NCBI GenBank assembly: GCA_021848095.1 | Contig: JAJZMZ010000004.1 | Span: 5,111-69,110 of the forward strand | Direction of reading: 5' to 3' | DNA: 64,000 nucleotides | Source of the DNA: Candidatus Micrarchaeota archaeon | GTDB lineage: Archaea > Micrarchaeota > Micrarchaeia > Micrarchaeales > CABMGC01 | Shown here: positions 8,029-17,217 of the stretch, in pieces | Position numbering within the stretch: position 1 is the stretch's first letter | How the letters are laid out: each line of letters begins with the position of its first letter | Position numbers and translations under genes: made by a program | Notes under the pieces: model-generated | What the model was told of the DNA's origin: nothing | Database searches by the model: none | Seen by the model: only the letters and a program-made list of their open reading frames with translations

Positions 8029-10110
8029 ATGCGCGGCAAAACTACACGATATTATTTGATTTTTATCTCTCTGTTTTTGTTAATTTCAATTGTATCTGGT
8101 AACTCGATTAAATCATTAAATGCTACCGTAGCAATAAATTGTTTATTTACGGTTAACTTAAATGGTCAAAATGTTTACTTATTAAGTAATACAGTACCTT
8201 TTAATTATACAATAAATGCATCAAAAAACAACAACTGCAATATTTCTGAAATCTCAGGAGCTCTTTATTTCTGGAAGGAAAATCAAACTAAAAATGAAGG
8301 ATTTAATGCATTAAATATAACTTTGTTTAATGTAACTAATCAAAGTAAATTACATGATATTTATGCAAATACCTCAAAACTTATCTCAGGAAAGTACTAC
8401 GCAAATCTAAGTTTTGTTAAAAGTTATTTCAAAGAAGTTACAAATGGTCCTTTATTATTTCAAGTAGTTACTCCTCCTGAAATAAATGTAAAGTTAGTCA
8501 ATTTTACTAACTCAGTTACTCAATACTCTCCAGTGACTTTACAGTTTTTAATTAATAATAACGGAACCTTATCAACAAATAACAACACTTATATGAATGT
8601 TAAGATAATGGGTCCACAAAATTTCTCAATGAACAAAATATATCCAATAAGTTCAATAGGTTCTAACTCAAATATTACAAAAGTACTTTCTTTTTATTCA
8701 ATATCTAATATTACTGGAGTTTATACAATTACTGAAAATGTATCATACTTTTATAATTATACTTATAAAAACAAAACATCTTCCTATACAAAAAACACTA
8801 CTAATTATATTGTAAACTATACTGTAAGTACTACTTCTCCTACTTCAAATTCTGGGTCATCTTCAAGTAATCATGTATCTAAAAAAATAACCTCAAGACC
8901 CACCCCTCCAAGTATAGTTTCAAATGTTTCGTATGTAACAACTCCTGCTTTAATTACTTTAATAAACAATCAAAGTTCTATCTATTCAGTTAATTTATAC
9001 AATAACTACAGCGATTCAGTTTGGGTAAACATCTCTACAAGTAATATTTCTGGAATAGCCCTATCTCTATCTTCTAAAAATGTATATTTACTGCCTCATC
9101 AAAGTTTAAGTGTGGGGCTTACAATCGCATCATCTAACAATGCAAAACAAAGCACTAAAATATTACCACTGAATGAACATATAACCAATACAAATCACAC
9201 ATCTGTTAACTACACACAATTTATATTTTTACAATTATTACCCAAAGACAATAATCAAGTTTATCTAAAAAACGTTTTATCTTTAAATAATTCAAAAGAC
9301 ATAGAGGGAACGATAGCAGTAAAAAATACAAAAAATTATACAATTAATGGAACTGTAACTGCATTAATACCATCTATAATAACAAATAATGCTAAAAATA
9401 TAATTTTATCTGGTGGTCAAGGGAAAGTCTTAAAATCAAATACCTCTTATACTCTTGATTGGAATGTTTCTGCACTGGCTTCAAACGATAGTACTTATCT
9501 TTATTATTATATAAAAAACGTTTCAAACATCTTATTGGCACAAACTCCTACTTTAACATTTTCAATACCTCCTAAAACATCAAAAAACCCATCTATATCT
9601 CTATACGACACTGAAATACCAACGTTATACACTAATCAATCCGGAGTTATAAACTTTACATTTTTATATACTGGAACTACTGTGAATAATATAACTGCAA
9701 CACTTTCAAGTTCTTCAGCTTTAAACATAGGAAATGCTCAACAATCTTTCAAAGTAATTCCAAATACTGTATTTTCACCATCGTACAATATAGGTAGCAC
9801 CTCAAAAAGTGGAACATATTACTTGACTTTATATTTATCTGGTAGTGGTTTAGCCAAAAATTATACGTTCGAAGCAATAGTACTTCCTGAATTAGAAACT
9901 CCTGAGTTATCAAATATTAACAATACAACTCCATCGGGTATCACAAATACTAAGTATCTCAATTATTACGGTTATGATATGATTATCGCATTAGTAGCGA
10001 TATCTATATTAATAATAATACACAAACATAAAAATAAAGCACATTATAATGAAGGAAGAGTTAAAAAACTAAAAGAAATAAATGAACAAATAAAAAGAGG
10101 TCAAGATTAA
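8029..10110 (+). CDS. Large secreted multi-Ig-like protein with a C-terminal TM anchor
   Basis: N-terminal signal (YYLIFISLFLLISIVSG). Repeated beta-sandwich-type segments (e.g. SIYSVNLYNNYSDSVWVNIS...LLPHQSLSVGLTIASS). Many N-x-S/T sequons. C-terminal TM MIIALVAISILIIIH followed by a basic tail. Confidence 0.8.
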   Translation: MRGKTTRYYLIFISLFLLISIVSGNSIKSLNATVAINCLFTVNLNGQNVYLLSNTVPFNYTINASKNNNCNISEISGALYFWKENQTKNEGFNALNITLFNVTNQSKLHDIYANTSKLISGKYYANLSFVKSYFKEVTNGPLLFQVVTPPEINVKLVNFTNSVTQYSPVTLQFLINNNGTLSTNNNTYMNVKIMGPQNFSMNKIYPISSIGSNSNITKVLSFYSISNITGVYTITENVSYFYNYTYKNKTSSYTKNTTNYIVNYTVSTTSPTSNSGSSSSNHVSKKITSRPTPPSIVSNVSYVTTPALITLINNQSSIYSVNLYNNYSDSVWVNISTSNISGIALSLSSKNVYLLPHQSLSVGLTIASSNNAKQSTKILPLNEHITNTNHTSVNYTQFIFLQLLPKDNNQVYLKNVLSLNNSKDIEGTIAVKNTKNYTINGTVTALIPSIITNNAKNIILSGGQGKVLKSNTSYTLDWNVSALASNDSTYLYYYIKNVSNILLAQTPTLTFSIPPKTSKNPSISLYDTEIPTLYTNQSGVINFTFLYTGTTVNNITATLSSSSALNIGNAQQSFKVIPNTVFSPSYNIGSTSKSGTYYLTLYLSGSGLAKNYTFEAIVLPELETPELSNINNTTPSGITNTKYLNYYGYDMIIALVAISILIIIHKHKNKAHYNEGRVKKLKEINEQIKRGQD

Positions 10111-10877
10111 TGGAACCTTATATAATACGCGTAGCATCTCAAAAAGGCGGAGTTGGGAAAACTACTATCTCAACAAATCTTGCTGTATGTTTAAAGGATT
10201 TCGGTTACAAAGTTCTTTTGGTTGATTGTGATACTACTAATCCTAGCATAGGTTTTCATTTAGGCATGGAAAAATCAAATATAGGTTATAAACAACTAGT
10301 AAAAGGTACATCTAAATTAAGTGAGTTGTGTTCAGTACATGCTCCTACGGGTATTTGTGTAATTCCAGGTTCTATAAACTCAAAACCATTTGTAATAACC
10401 GAAGCCGAAGCAAGAAGAGTTATAAAAAATCTCAAAGCATCAAATTATGATTTTGTAATTTTAGATACACAGCCTGGATATTATATACAAACAGCTGTAA
10501 ATGAAATAGACGAAACTTTACTAATAACAACTCCTGACATGCCCAGTTGTTCAAGCATATTAAGATCTGTTAAATTACTTGACGAGCAGAATGCAAAGCA
10601 CAATCTCATAATAAATAGAGTTAAGGGAAAAAACTATGAAATAAGCAAGCGTGAAATAGAGGAAACATATGAAGGTAAGATTGTAGGAGCTTTACCTGAA
10701 TCAGATATTGTACCTGAAAGTATAGCTGAACATATACCTGCTTATGCTTTATCTAGAAATGATAAATTTTCAAAAGGAATATTTCTATCTTCACGATTTT
10801 ACAAAAAAAGTACTTCTCCTGGAGAAGTTCCTTCTACTAAAAGAAGTTTCTGGTCAAGGATTTTTAGAAGAAGATAA
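10110..10877 (+). CDS. MinD/ParA-family ATPase (deviant Walker A) with a C-terminal amphipathic basic helix
   Basis: Deviant Walker A SQKGGVGKTT and Walker B-type VLLVDCD are present, with a MinD-like length of 255 aa. The C-terminus is KRSFWSRIFRRR. The ATG overlaps the upstream stop (TAATG at 10108-10112), with AGAGGT upstream. Confidence 0.9.
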   Translation: MEPYIIRVASQKGGVGKTTISTNLAVCLKDFGYKVLLVDCDTTNPSIGFHLGMEKSNIGYKQLVKGTSKLSELCSVHAPTGICVIPGSINSKPFVITEAEARRVIKNLKASNYDFVILDTQPGYYIQTAVNEIDETLLITTPDMPSCSSILRSVKLLDEQNAKHNLIINRVKGKNYEISKREIEETYEGKIVGALPESDIVPESIAEHIPAYALSRNDKFSKGIFLSSRFYKKSTSPGEVPSTKRSFWSRIFRRR

Positions 10878-10897
10878 AAATTTTATAAGGAAATTTA

Positions 10898-13303
10898 ATG
10901 AAGCAAAATGTGATATTTTTAAATTTAATTTTTATAATATTTCTATTTTTATTAGCAAGTAATAATTCATTAAATACAACTGCAAATAAAGTAAATAATT
11001 CAATTACTAGTGTAAATACAACTTCAACGATTATTACAACAACTCCAACAAGTTCAATTAGTCCAACCAGTTCAATTACAACTACTGTAAATGTTACTGC
11101 TAATTCAAGTATCACTAATAACAAAACCATTGTAATTAATAATTCTAGTAAAAATATCTTCATTACAAATTCTTCTAATAACAAAACAACAAGCAACAGC
11201 TCTGAACTTAATACTTCATTAAATAGTAACTCAACTTTAATTTCAAACCCAACAAAAAATAACTTAACTACGGCTTTTACTGAAACTGGTCTTCCTTCAA
11301 ATACAATTTGGTTTGTTTCATACGATAATATTTCCCAAAAAATAGGGGTTCCTAACTCAATAGTATTCAGTACTTATTCAGGTAATTTTATATTTAGGGT
11401 AGAAAATGTTTCAGTAATGAATACTACTTATACTACTAATCAAAGTTATGGTTATCTCAAGTCTGGAGATTCTATTGTAATACACTTTTTAACTACTCCA
11501 AACCCTAAAAAACAAGTAAACTCTACAAATACTGCAACTATATCTAACTCAAATAATTTTTACACTTCAACTTCTTCAATATCTCAAACTTCTTTAATTT
11601 CACAATCTAGCGCTTCTCAAAGTTCTAGTAAATATGCTATTAAAACTATAACAAATCCACAAAAAAGCACGCTTGTAAATACTACGGGGGATATAGGTGC
11701 CAATTTAACTTTCAGTGGTTCTGTATTTAAAAATTTACTAATAAACTTCAAAAGTCAAAGCGTTAGTGGATTTAAAATAAGTTTAATTAACAAATCGTCA
11801 CAACCTACTGGGATTCCTATATTATCAAATGCATACATGTACTTTATAATAAATCAAAGTTTATCCAGTAGTACTTCATCAATAGATCCCTATGTGGCAA
11901 ATGTAGTTTACAATTTTTCAGTTCCAATTTCTATTATAAAAGGAAAATCACTTAGTAATGGTAACATAAAACTTTACAAATACGAAGGAAGTTCTTGGGT
12001 ACAGTTAAATACAACATTTATTAGAAGTAACTCAACTGCATACTTTTACAGTGCAACTTCAAACTCTTTATCAACTTACGCTGTTGGTTTTCAATCTGGT
12101 TCGACTTCAGGGAGTCCTACTTCATCAACGTCTCTTTCGCTTACATTGCCTACAGGATATCCTACCTACTTCTGGGCAGGTGCATATACAATACCTTATG
12201 GTTCAAGTTCTTCTACAAGCTCAGTAACTTGGACTATAGATTCTAATATGACACTAAGTAGTACTGGAGGTTCTCCACACAAACAATATATTAATCAATC
12301 ATATGTAGGTCATAGCACTTCGAATATCGGTACAATATCTACTTCTAGCGGTTCAACTTCTTATGCAACTATTGCAGGAATCGGTGTAAACGTTATACTA
12401 GCTAATGGTTTGTCATATAGGAGTAATGCAAGTTCAACAACAGACTCACTCTCATTCACTCCATCAACTGCAAATAGCTTTGTAATACTAGCATATGCCT
12501 CCGGAGGTAGTACTATATCATCAGTATCTGCACCAACTGGCTGTTCCTTACAAAAGACAATTTCTGATTCTTATTCGACATCTGAGATTTACACTTGTAA
12601 TTCACTACCCGCAACATCACAAACAACTTCAGTTAGCACATCTTCTACTTCATCAATCTCAATAGCTGCTTATGTATTTCCACCATATTCGGTAACGCTC
12701 GATGATAGTACCAGTACAGGAACAATAACCACTAACGGAAATACTTATAGTAGCGGTTCTACAATTAATGTTATAGGCACTAGTACAATTACTGCAAATC
12801 CACCAACTGGTTATACCTTTAATAACTGGAAGGTAAGCAACTCTGCAAATTTAATACTTAGCAATGCTAACTCAAATCCAACATCTCTTACTGTGATGGG
12901 AAGTGGCACATTAACTGCAAATTATACTAGTACTGTGACTCAAAGTTGTACTATTTCTATATCTCCTAATACTATTAATTACGGTTCAATAAATCCTAAC
13001 GTAAATATTCCAACAACTTATGGTGTGGCAGATACCAACTCAGGAACAAGTTCTGCATATGTTCTTTTATACGGTGGAAATTGGTTAAACAGTCCAAATA
13101 GCTTTGGTGTAAGCAACACTACTTGGTCATCTTCAAATAATATTCCATATAGCTCTGCAAATAAATTATCTTCATCTGTTGCTAATACCTTATTATCTGT
13201 ATCTTCACAGGGCTCTAAAACTATTTATTTCGGATTAAACATTCCTGGAGCTATTTCATCAGGAAATTACAAACAAACCATTACTATAGAAAACTCTTGT
13301 TAA
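10898..13303 (+). CDS. Large modular secreted adhesin-like protein; its C-terminal domain is paralogous to the 181-aa protein at 6684-7229
   Basis: Signal-anchor, then an S/T/N-rich stalk. FTETGLPSNTIWFVSY is a GLPxxTxW beta-sandwich as in thermopsin-type archaeal surface proteins. NIKLYKYEGSSWVQLNT...YFYSATSNSLSTYAV is PGF-pre-PGF-like. YSVTLDD...PPTGYTFNNWKV...LTANY is InlB-B-repeat-like. The C-terminal 118-aa Cys-to-Cys domain ends in QTITIENSC. Confidence 0.85.
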   Translation: MKQNVIFLNLIFIIFLFLLASNNSLNTTANKVNNSITSVNTTSTIITTTPTSSISPTSSITTTVNVTANSSITNNKTIVINNSSKNIFITNSSNNKTTSNSSELNTSLNSNSTLISNPTKNNLTTAFTETGLPSNTIWFVSYDNISQKIGVPNSIVFSTYSGNFIFRVENVSVMNTTYTTNQSYGYLKSGDSIVIHFLTTPNPKKQVNSTNTATISNSNNFYTSTSSISQTSLISQSSASQSSSKYAIKTITNPQKSTLVNTTGDIGANLTFSGSVFKNLLINFKSQSVSGFKISLINKSSQPTGIPILSNAYMYFIINQSLSSSTSSIDPYVANVVYNFSVPISIIKGKSLSNGNIKLYKYEGSSWVQLNTTFIRSNSTAYFYSATSNSLSTYAVGFQSGSTSGSPTSSTSLSLTLPTGYPTYFWAGAYTIPYGSSSSTSSVTWTIDSNMTLSSTGGSPHKQYINQSYVGHSTSNIGTISTSSGSTSYATIAGIGVNVILANGLSYRSNASSTTDSLSFTPSTANSFVILAYASGGSTISSVSAPTGCSLQKTISDSYSTSEIYTCNSLPATSQTTSVSTSSTSSISIAAYVFPPYSVTLDDSTSTGTITTNGNTYSSGSTINVIGTSTITANPPTGYTFNNWKVSNSANLILSNANSNPTSLTVMGSGTLTANYTSTVTQSCTISISPNTINYGSINPNVNIPTTYGVADTNSGTSSAYVLLYGGNWLNSPNSFGVSNTTWSSSNNIPYSSANKLSSSVANTLLSVSSQGSKTIYFGLNIPGAISSGNYKQTITIENSC

Positions 13304-13307
13304 GTTA

Positions 13308-15539
13308 TTAATTTTGTTCCTGATCAGTTTTCTTTCTTTGTTTTTGCGTTACTGGTAGTACAAACCAAAATGTACTTCCTTTTCCAGCTTCAGAACTTAC
13401 ATTAATTTTACCGCCATGTAAACTTACTATTTCCTTTGCTATACTTAAACCCAATCCAGTTCCAGCACGTTCAGACATTGTAATATTTGTTGTTTCTTTC
13501 TTAACTTGAAAGAATTTTTTGAAAAGTTTATTTTTATACTCTTTACTTATTCCTATTCCTGTATCATTTATTTCTACTTTAACACTTGGATTCTTTTTGT
13601 TTCCATGATTTTTAACAGATACTGTGACCCCTCCTTTATCTGTAAACTTTATTGCATTTCCTATTAAGTTATCGAAAACTTGTATTAATCTATTAGGGTC
13701 AGCTTCAACAGTTTGTGTATCTGGATCTACTATAAAACTTAATTTTATTCCTTTACTATTTGCTGATTTTTCAAGAGACTTTATTACTGGACTTTCTTTA
13801 ATATCGTTGAAATTAATAGGTTTCATATCTAATTTTATCTTCTTTGATTCAAGCTTTGCAACATTCAATATCTGGGCTATTAACTGCAGTAATCTATCTC
13901 CTTCATTTATTATTATTTCAAGATTTTTCTTTTGTTCTTCATTTAATGGACCAAACTCCTCTCCAATCATTAATTTTGAAAAACCCATTATATTTGTTAT
14001 AGGTGTTTTAAGATCGTGAGATACATTATAAATGAACTGAGTTTTTAACTGACCTTCGTCTTTTAATTTTTCATTTTTTTTATTTAATCCTGCAACTAAG
14101 CCCTCAGTTTGTTCAAGTTTATTTTTAGTAGCTAACTCCTTTCCTATGAACATGAAGCCGTTCATTTTTCCATCAACATCATACGTTGGTTTTACAGTTT
14201 GTAGTGATGGTAATTTCTCTCCATTAGTTTTGTTTGAAATATATATTTCCATTCCATTAAGTACTCCACCTTTTTTAACTATCTGAAAAGAATTTGTTAT
14301 TTTCCTCTGACTTTCGTTATCTGCACATATATTGAACACATCAAAATCTTTTAATATACTCATATTGTATCCTGTTATTCTTTCAAAACTTTCGTTAACT
14401 CTTTTTATGTAACCAGAAGTATCAGTTATCATTATCATTTCTCCAGAAAACTTAATCATTTCTTCTATTGTTTTCTCTAAAACCTTTTGGTATTTTTCAG
14501 TATCTCTAAAAATAACTCCTGAAATCAAGTCCTTGTTTTTATTCAAAAGTAGTTTAACATTGACTAAATCGCCATTCTGAAGTTTAAGTTTTAAATCAAA
14601 ACCTTTGACTACAAACTCCTCAGAAAAATCTTTTTTAAGATCTTTTTCTTCAAATATTCCAAAGAGCTCCTTACCTAAAAAGTATTCTTTATCTAAACTG
14701 TATCCGTCTATACTTCCACCTGTCCAATATATTTTCATCTTTTTATCCATCAATAAATAAAATTGTGTTTTATTCGTCTCAACAATTTTTTCTATATTCT
14801 TTCCATAATCTATTTCTGTAGTTTCATTAAAAAGTAAATAATACTCAGAATCATTTATTTTATTTACAAAAACGTTAAATGTTCTTTGGGACATGCTTAA
14901 TTTTGTAAACATCTGCGATACTTCTAAAAACTTTTTTTCTTTAAAATCAAAAAGTGTATCTATGGCAAAACCTTCGGCATATCCTATATTTTTTTCTATT
15001 ATATCTAGGAATTTTTTATTATACTTCAAGATTTTTTTATTATTATCTACTATTACTTGAGGAAATCCATTATTAAAAACAGTATCAAAGTATTTTGTTA
15101 AACTTTCACTTTTACTTAAACTGAGTTTCTTTTCGTACTCTTCTCCTATTAAATTACAAATAAATCCATAAATTTTCATACTTTTTTGATCAAAAGAATT
15201 TTCTTTCAAGGAAAGTAAAATAATTATTCCAAACTGTATGCTCTTTGTTCTTATTGGAAGCATAAGACAACTTTTAAAGTTCTTATTTTTGTAATTTATT
15301 AACTCAGGAAAAGCAGAGTAACCACTTAAGTTATTATCTAAATAAGGCTTTTCAGTATTTATTAAGAAATCGTCTGTCTGGGTTCTGTCATTAGGATTTG
15401 TATAAAAATCTTTACTATTAAAATCATCTGCACCTAAGAATTTTTTAAGTTTTTCTCCAACAAAATTTAAATAATCTTGGCCTTGGGCTAACTTGTCGTA
15501 TTTTATACCTTCAAGCAACTCCAATATCTTTACATCCAT
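13308..15539 (-). CDS. Cytoplasmic sensor histidine kinase (N-terminal GAF-like region, PAS, HisKA, HATPase_c)
   Basis: H-box VSHDLKTPITNIMGF, N-box LIGNAIKFT, G1 DTGIGI, G2 GTGLGLSIA. A PAS-like segment reads MIMITDTSGYIKRVNESFERITGY. No TM segment is visible. I chose the start at MDVKILELL (15539); the track extension to 15632 would overlap the fibrillarin gene. Confidence 0.85.
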   Translation of the reverse strand: MDVKILELLEGIKYDKLAQGQDYLNFVGEKLKKFLGADDFNSKDFYTNPNDRTQTDDFLINTEKPYLDNNLSGYSAFPELINYKNKNFKSCLMLPIRTKSIQFGIIILLSLKENSFDQKSMKIYGFICNLIGEEYEKKLSLSKSESLTKYFDTVFNNGFPQVIVDNNKKILKYNKKFLDIIEKNIGYAEGFAIDTLFDFKEKKFLEVSQMFTKLSMSQRTFNVFVNKINDSEYYLLFNETTEIDYGKNIEKIVETNKTQFYLLMDKKMKIYWTGGSIDGYSLDKEYFLGKELFGIFEEKDLKKDFSEEFVVKGFDLKLKLQNGDLVNVKLLLNKNKDLISGVIFRDTEKYQKVLEKTIEEMIKFSGEMIMITDTSGYIKRVNESFERITGYNMSILKDFDVFNICADNESQRKITNSFQIVKKGGVLNGMEIYISNKTNGEKLPSLQTVKPTYDVDGKMNGFMFIGKELATKNKLEQTEGLVAGLNKKNEKLKDEGQLKTQFIYNVSHDLKTPITNIMGFSKLMIGEEFGPLNEEQKKNLEIIINEGDRLLQLIAQILNVAKLESKKIKLDMKPINFNDIKESPVIKSLEKSANSKGIKLSFIVDPDTQTVEADPNRLIQVFDNLIGNAIKFTDKGGVTVSVKNHGNKKNPSVKVEINDTGIGISKEYKNKLFKKFFQVKKETTNITMSERAGTGLGLSIAKEIVSLHGGKINVSSEAGKGSTFWFVLPVTQKQRKKTDQEQN

Positions 15540-15588
15540 TTTTATACCTAATAATTTATATCTTAATATATAAAATCTATAAAAACAT

Positions 15589-16257
15589 GTGTTGAAAATG
15601 GATATAAATACGGTGTTTGAAGGCGTATACAAGATAGATAAGAAATTAGCAACAAAAAATGCAGTTCCTGGGTTTAGAGTATACGATGAAGAACTAATTA
15701 AATTAAAAAATTCTGAGTATAGATTGTGGAATCCTTATAGAAGCAAACTCGCAGCTGCAATTATAAATGGTTTATCTGATTTAACCATTAAAAAAGGCTC
15801 ACAAGTTCTTTACTTAGGAGCTTCAACAGGAACAACAGTTAGTCATGTAAGTGATATAATAGAAAATGAAGGAAATGTTTTTGCAGTTGAGGTATCAAAA
15901 AGAAGTATGAGAGATCTATTGGCATTATGTGAAAAGCGTGAAAATATACTACCTATCTTTGAAGACGCTATGAATACTGATTCTTATTCTTCAGAAATCG
16001 GAGAAGTTGATGTTATTTATGAAGATGTTGCTGCACCAACTCAAGATAAAATATTAGTTAAAAATGCAGAGTTGCTTAAAAAAGGAGGCTCTGCGTATGT
16101 TGCAATAAAATCTCAAAGTATTGATGTATCTAGAGATCCACGGGAGGTTTTTGAAGAGTTCATAAAAAATGTTTCTCACACATTTAAGGTAGTTCAAAGA
16201 GTTAAGATAGAACCTTTTGATAAATTACACTTATTTTTACACCTTAAAAAACTTTAA
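15589..16257 (+). CDS. flpA: Fibrillarin-like rRNA/tRNA 2'-O-methyltransferase
   Basis: WNPYRSKLAAAI, the SAM-binding block VLYLGASTGTTVSHVSD, and VDVIYEDVAAPTQ are present. Size and order match archaeal fibrillarin. An alternative start lies at 15598. Confidence 0.9.
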   Translation: MLKMDINTVFEGVYKIDKKLATKNAVPGFRVYDEELIKLKNSEYRLWNPYRSKLAAAIINGLSDLTIKKGSQVLYLGASTGTTVSHVSDIIENEGNVFAVEVSKRSMRDLLALCEKRENILPIFEDAMNTDSYSSEIGEVDVIYEDVAAPTQDKILVKNAELLKKGGSAYVAIKSQSIDVSRDPREVFEEFIKNVSHTFKVVQRVKIEPFDKLHLFLHLKKL

Positions 16258-16374
16258 ATTTTTTAATTCTTTAATATTTTTATTTAGTTTAAACATATTT
16301 TTTACAGATAAAGACATTTTTATTCAATAAAAATTTGCAAAAGTAATATAAGGTTTGTTTACCAACTTATTTTT

Positions 16375-17178
16375 ATGGCAAGTGACTCTAAGTATATAAC
16401 TTTAATTAAAAAAACATCACAATCTTTATTTCCTATAATATGTAATAACTGCGGCTCAAAAACATTAATACCGAATAATCTCGGTGTTTGCACAGTTTGT
16501 GAGTTAATTATCATAAAAGAAGAAAGTGATTCTCAAGGTAAATTATTTGAAACTGTAATACCTTTATTAACAAAAAACTCAGTTATTGAAGCAAGCAAAG
16601 CTCTTGATGGATTATCTAAAAGTGCAACTACTCCAAGTATCTCATATATTTTAGGGGTTTTTTACGGTATCCTTTCTGATTATGCTTACTTCAACTTAAA
16701 CTACAATGGCAAAGGTTTCATGGAAGAAAACTCTTCAAATAAATATTTGTCATTAGACTTAACATCAAAATCAAAAGAGTTTTTTTTCAGAGCTTTAAAG
16801 TTAATATCAAAACTTGAACAGAAAGGAAATGATATTTTATATTTAGAGTTTATGACTAATATTAAGTTAGGTAGAATTTTTTATGCACTTAACTCATTAA
16901 AAGCATTAAACGCAAATAAAACAGAAGCTTACTGTAACTATGCAAATATGGTTTATGCAGTAGAATCAAAAAGAAAAGACTCTGAAAGTTTTGTAAAGCC
17001 TATGTTTAGTACTTCATTAAACTCATTTTTCTATCTCTCGAAGGTATTCACACAAAAAAAGAAGCTTGAAGATGCAATAACTATACTCAAATTCATTAAC
17101 GAAAATGTAAATATGCCTATTTCTTACGCATATTTAATTAAATTAGAGAGCATGGTCGCAGCCGCGGGTTTTAATTAA
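16375..17178 (+). CDS. Hypothetical protein with an N-terminal CxxC...CxxC zinc ribbon and a helical (TPR-like?) C-terminal part
   Basis: CNNCGSKTLIPNNLGVCTVC at the N-terminus. The remainder looks helical and belongs to no family I recognise. Confidence 0.55.
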   Translation: MASDSKYITLIKKTSQSLFPIICNNCGSKTLIPNNLGVCTVCELIIIKEESDSQGKLFETVIPLLTKNSVIEASKALDGLSKSATTPSISYILGVFYGILSDYAYFNLNYNGKGFMEENSSNKYLSLDLTSKSKEFFFRALKLISKLEQKGNDILYLEFMTNIKLGRIFYALNSLKALNANKTEAYCNYANMVYAVESKRKDSESFVKPMFSTSLNSFFYLSKVFTQKKKLEDAITILKFINENVNMPISYAYLIKLESMVAAAGFN

Positions 17179-17217
17179 ATAACATCAAAGCAATGTCATA
17201 CGTTTATTGATATAATA

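Noticed and set aside
10864-11196. Minus-strand 110-aa ORF, plus the + ORF 10744-10962, around the MinD / adhesin gene junction.
   Set aside because: These are shadow ORFs over the Thr/Ser/Asn-rich stalk-coding region and the MinD 3' end. The repetitive V/L/I/F-rich translation is an artefact of the complementary low-complexity sequence.
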